A DNA stretch of 63,951 bases, the filler included, from Craspedostauros australis (taxonomy: Eukaryota), in assembly GCA_030167865.1 (NCBI GenBank). It is 12 parts of 12 records of this genome, joined end to end, with 100 filler letters (N's around TTAATTAATTAA, not from the genome) between each part and the next. Parts side by side here need not be neighbours in the genome. Positions count along the whole stretch, not along the records: positions 20,183 to 24,233 come from JALAGF010003937.1; positions 24,334 to 28,944 come from JALAGF010003938.1; positions 29,045 to 51,151 come from JALAGF010003939.1; 9 more parts are not named here. One strand, written 5' to 3'. A model generated the notes under the pieces. It was given only the letters and a program-made list of their open reading frames with translations, was not told where the DNA came from and ran no database searches. A program made the position numbers and the translations under genes. Positions 20,083 through 31,327 of this stretch are shown in pieces (within the stretch, counting starts at the first letter, position 1; each line of letters begins with the position of its first letter).

Positions 20083-20182
20083 NNNNNNNNNNNNNNNNNN
20101 NNNNNNNNNNNNNNNNNNNNNNNNNNTTAATTAATTAANNNNNNNNNNNNNNNNNNNNNNNNNNNNNNNNNNNNNNNNNNNN

Positions 20183-22362
20183 GTGAATTCATCATCTTTG
20201 CAGGTGACAATCATTACGCCAAGGAGCGACATGCCCTTCTTGCCCCAATACTCTGTCTGCGATTCTCCTTGCGCCGTCGGCAGAATCTTCTGCTTATGGT
20301 CGATGACAACGTAGGCGCACTTGTCATTGTTGTTGAGCTTGGCCTTGTACTTGTTCATCTGCTCGAATTGGACCTTTGCTCTCACTTGGTGTGCCATGTA
20401 CGCAGTGATCTCGTTGTTGAAGCCCGGTACCGCCTCCAGCATACCGCCTAATTCATCCGCGTGGTCGCATAGATGATTGGCCTTGAGCGTCTCGATGAAT
20501 GGGGCGACGCGATCATCCATGAATCGCATTGCTTCTCCACATCTGTCGCATACCTTGCCTTGTTGATCGTGAGCGATGGGAGAAAGGGCGTTGGCGTCAC
20601 ACTCTGTGGTTGCTGTGGGAGGATGAATGACCACGCATGCCGTATTGGTGTTGGCAGGCACTGTTGTGTTTTCGGTGCTGAGTGTAGACTTAGCCTGCTT
20701 CATTTTTGAATCCTTGCAAAGGGCGAAATGAGCGCAGTGCATGGGGTCTTCTTCACACTTGATCTGCATGTGTGAAGCAGTATACTCCCACTTGAGGAAT
20801 GTAATCATAAGGTCCAGATCATGCACCAAGGTCTCACAGGTTTGAATATGCTCAACTGTGACGTCGTCATGTCCGTCATCACCATTGAATGAATCCCTGA
20901 GTAGAGCATTCAAGCGCACGAGCATCTCCTTCAATGTCTTCGTTGCCATCCAGAAGTAGTTTTCGAAAGAGGAGAGGCCAGTAATCACTTTGCCTCTGCG
21001 TGTGAGCAGGCCTGTCATTGCTCGGAATGCTGGCTCGCCGACTGGGTTGTTCGTCGCAGTCTTGTACATTGCGAACAGCTCGTCTACGCTCGTTCCGCCA
21101 CGTTCGAATACTGGCACATTTTCAAATATCACCCCTCCCCACTTGATGTTGTGACAAAGGCCTGCCTTGTATGTGATAGTGTTGCTGATGAAGGACACCG
21201 CGCCAGCCAAGCTGTATGCGCTGACGCGATAGTTGTAGACAGCAGCACCAAGCACATTGCCCTCGCTCAACAGCTCATAGTAGTTGCGCAGAGTGAGGAG
21301 CTGGCCCCGCGTGATGGTGTATTGATGTGGCAAGAGGCCAAGACGCTGAACGTCAGGAAGTTCGCCCTTGGATCGGGTGAGGAGGTTGGTGCACTGGCGT
21401 GGCAAAGCAGACATGGCGAGAATGCACCTTGCTGTTCGTGCGATGTTCTTCTCGCCGACGAGGCAAATCGTGTATAGGTTGGGAGCCAGCTTGACTGGTG
21501 GCAAGTCCACTCCCGCGCGCACGAACGCAACCACTTGCTCCATCTGAGGAACTGGCAAGGTCATGGCTGGGATCAACGCTTTCCACAGCGCATTGGAGGC
21601 CACTGCGAAGATCTTCTTTGCTTTGCTCCACACTTGCTTGTCGGAATTGCGCCCCAACACAAACCCGCAACGTGGCAAGTCGGCCAGAACAGCAGCGAGG
21701 TTCTTCACTCCGAGCTCCCGCAAAACCTCGTGCATGGTTTCAAATGCATCTGTCTTGTCCTTGCTGTGTTTGTTTTGGAATCTTCCGCTGCTTGATTTCC
21801 TGGCAATGGTTCTGTTGCGTCCCTTGGGGCGGTAGGTTTCGTCGTCTCCAGCACTGCTGCGTTGGATGCGCTTGCCTTTCTTTGCTGGTTGGATGGTTGG
21901 TGCGGAAGGCGGTGCCAGAGTCGGGACGCAGACAGAGACATGCACTTTTGTATTCGCATCGACGCCATGTCCAAAGGCCTGCACAGTGACCTTGGAGGTA
22001 TCAAGAATCATGCCATTGTCAGTGGTGATGTGCACGCGAACGAAGAGCTTCTCGTTGGTTGCATTGAGTGTGCGAGCCTGTTCGTTGTTGGTGAGGATCT
22101 CAACATCACACTCGTTGTCGAAGGTCGCACCTTTGAGTGCAGGAGGCAACAGCTTGTTTGTTGTAGGTGGTGGAATGTGTTGCTTACCACCCATACCCAA
22201 TGGAGGCAGAAGCTTCTCACCAGTAGATGGTGCAAACAGTTCCTTGTGATTGATCGGATCCGATGGAAATGGGCGCACGGATGGAGAGGATGGCAAGCGT
22301 TGCTTCTTGGAGGGAGAAGGATTGGCGTCCTTCGACGCAGCTCTCGTGGTAGAGACAGACAT
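20183..22362 (-). CDS. Putative Sola3-like DDD transposase, 3'-partial
   Basis: HCAHFAL and HD...CDRC zinc-ligand-like motifs, followed by YMAHQVR and VIDHKQKILP..GESQTEYWGKKGMS. This matches the recalled DWAMKxLP..RExQxxWFGKRGxS motif. The superfamily name is from memory. Confidence 0.6.
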
Positions 22363-23649
22363 TGCCTTATGCCAGCAGATGATGGAGGGGATAACTGTAG
22401 ATTATGACTACCTTCCTTCTTGCCTCCACCTGCTCTACTTCGCGTTACTCCACAAGTAGCGCACTCTGCCATGCCGCCTCTGCTTACTCCGTGCCTGTTC
22501 CAAGAACCACGCCTGAATTCCAAACCTGCGCCACCTGGTCGCCCATTTACTTTGCTTCCATGTTTTGGCATCAAGTTTTGGTGGTCGCATGTTTCCATAT
22601 GTTGACACCACAGATACAACTGAGTCGAGTCTCGCTTGGTTGGACTCGACTGATTGGTCTCAGTCACGGACGTTGGACTCGATCCAGTACTGACAACAGT
22701 AGATACATGACTGGACTCAATTGGGAGACTAGGATATTCTAGCTAGTTATCAGTCTAGTGCCTATCCGCTTTTTGCCGAAAAGGGGCGCAAAGGGGCTAC
22801 AATGGGCCACATGGGGCTACAAATTTCCTGGATAAAAACAACCAACCCTTATCACCAACCACAATGTATAATAATGGTATCAATCGAAAGCCAAGAGTGA
22901 GATCTATCTGATGATGTTGTCAAACTTGCTGTGTGTTGATCACTTGGATTCCATTTTATTGCTTGTGTTGACCCCATTTTGGAGGTTTTCCCCAAACCGA
23001 CCGCGAAAAAAAAANNNNNNNNNNNNNNNNNNNNNNNNNNNNNNNNNNNNNNNGTACAATTCTACTGGGCCCTGGTACAAAATAATTTTCGGAACCCGTT
23101 CAAAACAGGCGCGCAAGCCTCTTCCATCCCCGGTTGGCACTTTGTTTTGTCTGTTGGACCTGTTCGTGGCATCGATGAAATCGCGAGTCTCTTCCGCTTG
23201 CGGTGGTGTGGTGGTTGCCTGCTTTGTGTTGTTCGTCGGCCCCTTGTGTGCCGTTGAAGTTGGTGCTCTCGGCTCGTGATTCGAAATTTGTCGTGTCGGT
23301 TGGCGTCAATCTCCATTCATTTTCTGCGCGCTGGACCGCGTGTGTCGTGTCGGCGACTTCAAACACACCAACACCTGTATTTGAATCCAATGCTCACATG
23401 CAGCAATGAACATGAGGCCATTCCAAGATGTTGCCACCATCTATCAATGATTGTTGCTGGCAACAATGGTTTCAGAGCAGTGCAACGGATCCATCACAGT
23501 CGGCGATCGCTCGATTTGTTGGGGCGTGACGCTGTATCACTTCTTGCACATCAACATGCACACAACATTTGATTGAGACATGAACGCTTTCATCGCACAC
23601 ATTCTGATCATCCTCCTCCCAACATCTCCGCAACACGAACAACATCAAC

Positions 23650-24233
23650 ATGAGGATCACTCTCGGAGCCAAGGTCACTTGCAGATGTGGGCCTCGTCGG
23701 TCCAACGCACCTCGCAAACAGCATGGCTACATTGTGGGACACACGATCAAGGTTCTTCCCAAACACAACTGGATTGTCCATTGGGAATCCTTGGGTGTCG
23801 TATGCCAACACAGTTCCCAAACCCTCATTTGCCTGGAAGGCGATGAAAGTCCACTTCCTGACACCAAGGTCAAAGAATACATTCAAACCATCTTCGTCGG
23901 AAAAGGAGTTGCAGTGTTGGATGCTTTTGCGAAGAGCCACAGATTCCTCCCGCCACCAGAGGCGATCACTGGACCGGCAGATGCACCTGCAGTCAGCCAA
24001 GACTTGGGTGTTGGGACAAACTCTCCATCCAGCAACATTCTCCTGAGCAACGGTCCGGCTGCAACTTCTCTACCACTGAACTCTCCTCCCATCAACATTC
24101 ACCTGACCAACGTTCCGGCCGCGACTTCCCAACCAACAAACTCTTCGCGCACGCCCCCAACCAACAAAGTCAGTATTGACAGCGGATCCGAAGAGCCAGA
24201 GGATGACGCATCTATGGATTGCAACATTGACAA
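23650..24233 (+). CDS. Partial ORF, possibly the N-terminus of a piggyBac-like transposase
   Basis: N-terminal beta-rich segment (GAKVTC..GYIVG..NWIVHWESLG) followed by a low-complexity/acidic linker, reminiscent of diatom piggyBac-like proteins. No catalytic domain is in view. Confidence 0.3.
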
Positions 24234-24333
24234 NNNNNNNNNNNNNNNNNNNNNNNNNNNNNNNNNNNNNNNNNNNNTTAATTAATTAANNNNNNNNNNN
24301 NNNNNNNNNNNNNNNNNNNNNNNNNNNNNNNNN

Positions 24334-25828
24334 ACTCTCTGCTGTTGGTGATGCAGTGATGGTTGGGCTGGCTGTGTTTGTTGGTGCGGATGATGGCGAG
24401 CTGCTGTCGTTGGCACCGCTTGGAGTACTGCTGTCACCTTCGCTGCTTGGCGCTTGTGACCCTGTTGCTATTGGGGATGGTGGGAATGTTGGGCTGCCTG
24501 TCTCTCCAAGCTCGGTTGGGTTGCTGGACACACTGTCGTTTGGCGACTGCGTGGATGGTGGAAACGTTGGACTATTGGTGTCGCCTTGTCCCGTTGGTGA
24601 GTTGGTCTCTTGGGTCGGATTTGGGCTGGTTGATGGTGGGAATGTGGGCTGACTTGTTCCATCCTGCGTCGTGGTTGGGTTCACGCTTCTTTGTTCTGCT
24701 GTGGTAGGTGCATTGGTCGTCTGTGGGCCTTTCGTTGGCTCCTGGCTGATGGATGGTGGAAACGTTGGCTGGCCCGTTTCCTGCACTTGCGTCGGCGGTT
24801 GTGTTTCCTGGGGAGCTGCGGTGGGAAGTGGAACTGGCACCTCGGTCGGTGACCTTGTGCCGTCGATTATTGTTGGGTTTGCTGTTGGAGCTTCTGTGTC
24901 GATGATCGTGAAGTTAACCTCTTGCACGATTTCCTCGTCGTCTGTGCTCTGTATGTAAGCGACAAAAATTCGAACGAACCCACCAGGCAGTTGCTCTTCC
25001 TCCACAAGCTCCTCAACCTGAATGTCGAATCGTTGGACGAAGGCTTTGAAAAGTTGCGTTTGGTCGAGAAGGTTCACGCCAAGCTGAAGTTGTCTGTGAC
25101 GCTGACGTTCCTTCTTTTCCTGTTCTTCACAACTGCCAAGGTACCGACATGAGAAGTCGTTGATGGCCGATGCCATCAATCGGCGGCCTTCCTCTTTGGG
25201 TGGAATGTCTTCTTCTCTGACAGAGAACAGAGGCTCATTCTCAATGCAACCGACACATTCCACCGTGCTGTTGAATCGAATCTCGGTTCCTGTTGTGGTA
25301 ACGTCACCAAATGTCTGGTTCAAGAATATCTGCTCCGTCAGCGTTGAATTCATCATCTGCCTTTCGTAGATGGAGTCACAGCCACCGACAACGTCGTTGT
25401 ATGCTTCAATCAACAGATCTTCCAGAATGGCTGTCTCGTTTCCAATGAACTGCCGCTCAAAACCTTGCAACACCAGAGTCACAGACCCTGGAAAGAGGCT
25501 TGGGTTGAGGGTTCCGCATGATGAGGTGATGCCTGTGCTGCCTGACACAACGGCTGCAACCCCGACGGCTGCTGCAGATACAGCAGCTGCAGAAACCACA
25601 ACAGCTCCAACCGCCTGTGCTGAGCCGGCGGCAACAGATGCGGCTGCGACTCCTGTGGCCGCGGCGCCAGCAGCAGCTCCTGCGGCTGTGCCCGCAGCGA
25701 CTGAGCCAGCCGCATTCGAAGCGGCCTGTACTGCCATTTGCTGCAAGACCAGCTCGCCACCGCTCGGTGGTGGAGCAACAGGTGGAGCAGCCCCAGCTGC
25801 GCCGCCGCCAGTGGCAACGCCACCAGTG

Positions 25829-25859
<31 letters not shown>

Positions 25860-26440
25860 GGAGGAAACCACCTCCATCGTTCATATTCTGTCCTGATGTC
25901 ACGAGTCCTGGATCCATTGCTATATCATCCTGCTCGCTGGGGAGACATGATGATATGATCCTCCACAAGACCATGCCAATACTAACCGCAGCCACAAACA
26001 AGAGTGTCAAGAAGCCCTGTGCTTGTTCGGATTCATCATCGGACCCATCACCTGTCCGTTCATCGTGCGAAAGTTCTTCGTCAGCAGTGTGATTGTCTCG
26101 CTTGCCGTTGTCGTTATCGTCTTCGTCGATGTATGCTGGATCATCGTAGAACTCTTCAGTTTCGTGGCTTCCTTGGTGGCTGCCGTTGTCCTCCACGACG
26201 CGGCCTTCTTCATCGGTCTGGAAAGAAAAGATGCACTGGTATGCTTGCTGGTTGACGAGCACGTCGTCTGTCTGTTGGCCATTGCCTCTATGTGCATTGG
26301 CCTCATAGCTCTCAAGCGACATGGTGCTGCGGTGCAGTGCCGCCCTCTCTCGGTGGACCCGGAACTTGTGCTGGATCAACAGGGCCGCTTCCTCGGATCG
26401 TTCCAGCATACGGATGGCACCGGTGCCCCTTGCGACACCC
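24334..26440 (-). CDS. Membrane protein with IQ-like motif, hydrophobic segments and Pro/Thr/Ser mucin-like repeats, partial
   Basis: EEAALLIQHKFRVHR, an acidic tract, a TM helix (FLTLLFVAAVSIGMVLW), a Gly/Ala-rich stretch and repeated (S/Q)PTFPPS. The start is uncertain; there is a likely 3' splice site at 26441. Confidence 0.75.
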
Positions 26441-27595
26441 CTGTAGACAGGAGGGATGATGAGATAGATGCAATGTAAATGCACATGCAAATGCAATGAA
26501 ATTTGAAAGACTGACGGTGTCAGATAGGCGGGCATTCAATGATCCCCAAGAAGATTGGACTCTACTTCGTTGATCAGCGTGCCTCGCTGCGTTTTCGGGT
26601 GCGGCTTTGCATCGCTCCCAACCCCACGACGTGTGTGCGCAGCGTCGCGAGATGGTACGTGTTCAGCGCAGTGAGACGCGTTGCAATTTGGCTCCACTTA
26701 CCTATTCAAGCGACGGGACCGTTCCATCATCGATTCGCTCCGAACTGACGAATCCACCGTCCAATTGTCGCGCAGAATCGTCCTGGTGTTGATGAAGAGA
26801 AGTGTTGGCGCAAGATACGATTGGGAAGATTGGAAGATTGGAAGAAAAGGGAGGAGTAGGATGTGAGACAAACGGGAGATGCAAGAAAAGCGCTTCATCC
26901 CACCAGTCGGTGTTTACGACGAATTGAACATCGGTGACTGTTCGTGGAATGATCGCCAGGGCGTGTTGATGACTTACTGTGTGATCCTGCGAGATCGCTC
27001 GTGCGCTGTTTCGCTCCGCAACGTTGCGTCCATGGATCGGAGGTTGATGCTGGTGATGATGGCAGCGATGGTGACGGAGGTGGTGACAGTGATGGTGATG
27101 GTGATCACGGTGGAGGTGGGTATCGTTACGAATGTGTTGAGAGCATGGCAATGAAGCGAGCGTGGAATGGAGAAGCGCGGATGTCAGAAATGCTATTGCG
27201 TGTTCCATGTTGTGTGTTGCGTGTACTTGTGCATAACATAGGCGAAGTCACAATCGCCCTCTTTGGGCCCATCATCATCGCGACAGCCTTACCTTCTATC
27301 CTCTCGGCGCGAGCCTTCCGTGAATCGATCGCCGCTTCGGATGGACGTGTCCATACTCATCGCGTCTCGGCTTGGGTGAGAGAATGCACGGAGTATACAG
27401 CGGCATGTGTGTATGAGTATAGAGCAGAGCAGAGCATAGTACAGTCGTGTTGTGTTGCGAAGCGTTGTGAAGTGGAGTGTTGTTGTATTTGAGGATGGAA
27501 TTGTAGAAGCGAGTAGGATCAGACAAGGTGTGAGTACATGGTCTGGAGCGCATGGTCTGGAGTGCATGATGTGAAATGGTTGTTGCTTTGAATTC

Positions 27596-28330
27596 ATGAG
27601 AAACGACGATTCGACGGTGTGTCTTCAGTACCACGTACCTTCGCGCACGCGCGCGAGACGATCTGGGCATGTTGAATCGAGTTGCGGCTGTGTGGAAGCT
27701 TTCGTCTCGAATGAGCGGACCCTGAGGTTGTGCCAACGGGATCATCCGAAACAAATCGAAATCCGCATTCGCCTCTTTTTCTGCCTGCCTTTCTGCCTCT
27801 ATCTCTGCGTCCATCTCCGCGATCTCCCTTTCGAGCCGCAAAATCTCAGGGTCCATCTCGGGTTCTGGGATCGGTACGGTTGGTGTCACTGCAAGTCGCG
27901 ACAGGTCCACGTTTTGAGCGACGGCATTGATGTAGTCTGGGATCGAGCCGTACTGCGGATGGGATCGTAACCATTCCGTCATCTGGTCGATCGTCCTGGA
28001 AGTTCCCGGCTGGTAGAGCTCGGCCGGAGTTAAGGTCGACGAAGCTGGCACCGATGAAGAATTCTCAGCCGTTGGTTGCGAAACTTCCTGCCGTTCGAAG
28101 GAAGGGCGCGAAATCCGTGCCGCGGCTACCGGGTTGGCTGAGTTCTGAGTTTCGGTGATATGAGACCAGCCTTGCCTCACAGGTACGATGCCAGCGTTCT
28201 GAAGCGATGAAAATGTGCTTGCATCAGAAAGGCCGCTTCCCGGATGAGGCAACGCGCCCGCCAGGTTGCCTGCACCCTGCGTGTGGAATCTGGGTTGGCC
28301 ACTCCTGGTTGCATCGTGTCCGCGTCCACG
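27596..28330 (-). CDS. Hypothetical protein exon (low complexity with coiled coil)
   Basis: The central part of the 422-aa track ORF reads protein-like (EILRLEREIAEMDAEIEAERQAEKEA). Boundaries are uncertain. Confidence 0.35.
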
Positions 28331-29044
28331 TCCGCGTCTGCGCTCGTTTTGTTCGGTGGTGAAATTGGTCGTGAGTTGGTGAGTTGATTCCGTCGATCCA
28401 GCACGATCATGTGTCAGCCAGCGTTGCATCCATGCGTCGATCCGTCCATTGATTGATTGATCCGTCCATTGATCCGTTCGTTCGTTCGCCAATCCGTGCG
28501 TGCATCCATGAATCCATTTCGAAGTCCGTCGATCATGACGCCGTTGGTCGAAGCCAGATTCCATCCATCAGTAAATAGCATTCGCCAGAAGGATTCATTC
28601 CAAAGAGTGTTGTTGTCCAATGGAGGAGAGAATGTTCATGAAAATGTTGATGAGACAGCTTTCCTCTGTGCTGTCATCTTGACGCTGCTCAGCATCACCG
28701 TCACATGCACATTCTCGGGCATGAGTTCAGTCCATACACCTACGAGTATGGATGGCAATCCGTGTCAAACACAGCCGTGCCTGTGTGGACAAGTGCGTAT
28801 TCGATCCATCCTTCGATGATCCATCCTTCGATGACACGCACGTTGCTCCAGCATGGGCCACCGGAGTCAAAGGCACTGGATTGAAAGACTCTGGCGATCT
28901 ACCAGGCGAAAGACACTTGTGGTAGACAGGTAGACAGGTAGACANNNNNNNNNNNNNNNNNNNNNNNNNNNNNNNNNNNNNNNNNNNNTTAATTAATTAA
29001 NNNNNNNNNNNNNNNNNNNNNNNNNNNNNNNNNNNNNNNNNNNN

Positions 29045-31327
29045 GAAGTGGCGACAGAGATTCGGAAGAGATCGGCGTATAATGTGCTCGAGGAGGCCAT
29101 GGTGCAAACGGCCGCACGATCGAAGGCAGCAATTGACAAAGTTGTCGACTTCATCGAGACGATGAACAAATACCATCGAGCAAAAAACCCGCGTGTTCAG
29201 CTCACCGAAGCAGCAAAGAAGGTGATCAGAGTGGTCGTGGCCATCGATGAAGCATCCTTCCTCAAAGATATGTCTCAGTCCATTATTCGCCACCACACGA
29301 GCTTTGGAGAGCGCCTGGGGAAAGTCTTCATGAACCGGTGTGTGCGTGGCGAGGCAAAGCAGAATCCCAACGACCTATTCCGAGTCCACGTCGTCTTCTC
29401 CATCGCAGGGACGGGTGTGTACGGGATTGCTGTTGGATCTCAGCATGACAACTACCAGCTCGTCAAGACGATCGCAGAAAATCCGAATCACAAAAAGAAT
29501 GTCTACAACGTCCTGTGTCACGAATACAGCTGCTATGCGTATTCATATGCCAAAAGATATCCACTCCCTAACTATGCTGATTTCGACAACTTCCCTCTTC
29601 TTCATACCATCGTCAACAACAATTCGAGGATGACATCGATCTTGTTGAAGGAGATGAACGCCACCCCGTTCTCTCCCAAGTATCCACATGAGGAGGCCAG
29701 ACTCTTGATCTGGGTCTTTGATGCGTTCATCGCAAGCAATTCGATGCGAACGCTTGAGAATTCTCCATCCGAAATGATGCTGACAGGAGCAAGGGCGATC
29801 GCTGTCTTCCTCTACCAATCACCGTTCCATCCCCAAGAGCTCGAAGCGGAAGTCGCAACAAGCAAGTTTGCAGACATCGACTATGGCCTGGAATTCGAAA
29901 ATTTCGAGACTGATCCCAAGTCTTCGAAAGGTGGAACCGACGAGAGAAAGGTCAGCAAGAAAATATTGATGTGGTTACTCGTCGCGAAGTTTGGTCTGGT
30001 GACACCAACTACCAACGAAGAAGATGCCAAGGCAGGACACAAGACAGTCTTGACCAATTCAATCCCCAAGCCTTTCGAAGTCGACGAGGCAATGTTGCTC
30101 TTGTCACTTTACATGGTGTCAGGGCGCGAGGCTGCAATGTCGATTGAAGCCTTCACGGGGACGACACCCTTCGCCATTGAGATGATGTCAACTCAGCTGA
30201 TCAACTGCGCCATTGCCGCTGCCATGACAGTCAAACTTGAGGAACGACTCCATCTCAACCTTCAACACATCCTGAAGACACACCTGGAGATTTACACCGA
30301 CAGGTTGGGCAAGACAACGGAGAAACATCCCAAAGGCACACCTCTGCTTGTCAATGAAAGAATCCAAGAGGTATGGGAGAAACTTGCTCACTTCGTGCCA
30401 ATTTCGTACAGCATCCCCCAAGCTCTCCAAGGTTCCTACCACCACAAGTCTAACTTCAACTTGGAAGTAGAGGATCCAACGAAAAGGGATACGAGAGTTA
30501 TCATCAAGAAGCTGAAGCTGACGCCGAACGATGAGGGAGATCCCCAACTACGAGCGATCGAACGTGTGAATGATCGGCTTCGTCTCGAGCTTCGGCAGAA
30601 GACAGCCATCTTGACGATCGACAACGATCTATCGAACAACATGCGCAAGGTGTTGAGGGACGTGAAGAAAGATCGGAAGCGTGTCAAAGCAAGGACTTTC
30701 AAGCTGCCTAGGTTGGACGGGCCTGCCACAAAGCAGTTCTTTCCGCCAATCGCAACCCTTCCGACTCGGACCAGCAACCTTGCCAACGGATACGTGTCTT
30801 GTGTTGGTGTCCAAATAACACAAGAGGAAAAAGATGGTAAGCAGATCTTACGGGTCGAAGACCTCGATATCTTCACCATTTGCAACCAATCCCAAGACTA
30901 TGTCGGAGCGGTGTCGTGTGCGGACCTTGAATTGAACATGAACAATGTGCACAACGAAATCCTGGACGAAGAGCTTGGGCGGCATCGCCTTTACTGTGTT
31001 TCGAGCCGATCCATCAGCTTCCCGAAAGCACCACAGCTTGAAGACGCGCGAATCCCTGTCGAATCGCTTCCTGTGGATAACGTGCGTCTACTTGCGGGGA
31101 CCATGGCAAGATTGGAAAACCTCCACAGCGACGGAGCGATGACACACAAATATGGAAAAACTCGCGTGAAGGTTTTGCGTCATCAACCAAACGCAGCTGT
31201 TGGCGTGGCCGAGCAGCCGCGCCGATCTTCAGATGGTGATGTAGGCAAGGACAATGGTGGAAGCATGGGCGACGATACAAGCATGGTCGATGCTTCAGCC
31301 TTGCCAGACCTGCACGAAGCCAGCTGA
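29045..31327 (+). CDS. Large hypothetical protein, 5'-partial, Crinkler/RHS-like NTPase-associated
   Basis: 759-aa intronless ORF with a Walker-B-like VVVAIDEAS followed by VVFSIAGTG. The family assignment is inference. Confidence 0.55.
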   Translation, partial: EVATEIRKRSAYNVLEEAMVQTAARSKAAIDKVVDFIETMNKYHRAKNPRVQLTEAAKKVIRVVVAIDEASFLKDMSQSIIRHHTSFGERLGKVFMNRCVRGEAKQNPNDLFRVHVVFSIAGTGVYGIAVGSQHDNYQLVKTIAENPNHKKNVYNVLCHEYSCYAYSYAKRYPLPNYADFDNFPLLHTIVNNNSRMTSILLKEMNATPFSPKYPHEEARLLIWVFDAFIASNSMRTLENSPSEMMLTGARAIAVFLYQSPFHPQELEAEVATSKFADIDYGLEFENFETDPKSSKGGTDERKVSKKILMWLLVAKFGLVTPTTNEEDAKAGHKTVLTNSIPKPFEVDEAMLLLSLYMVSGREAAMSIEAFTGTTPFAIEMMSTQLINCAIAAAMTVKLEERLHLNLQHILKTHLEIYTDRLGKTTEKHPKGTPLLVNERIQEVWEKLAHFVPISYSIPQALQGSYHHKSNFNLEVEDPTKRDTRVIIKKLKLTPNDEGDPQLRAIERVNDRLRLELRQKTAILTIDNDLSNNMRKVLRDVKKDRKRVKARTFKLPRLDGPATKQFFPPIATLPTRTSNLANGYVSCVGVQITQEEKDGKQILRVEDLDIFTICNQSQDYVGAVSCADLELNMNNVHNEILDEELGRHRLYCVSSRSISFPKAPQLEDARIPVESLPVDNVRLLAGTMARLENLHSDGAMTHKYGKTRVKVLRHQPNAAVGVAEQPRRSSDGDVGKDNGGSMGDDTSMVDASALPDLHEAS

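Noticed and set aside
22725..22760. CTAG cluster as a Helitron 3' end
   Set aside because: No convincing GC-rich subterminal hairpin and no Rep/helicase sequence nearby.
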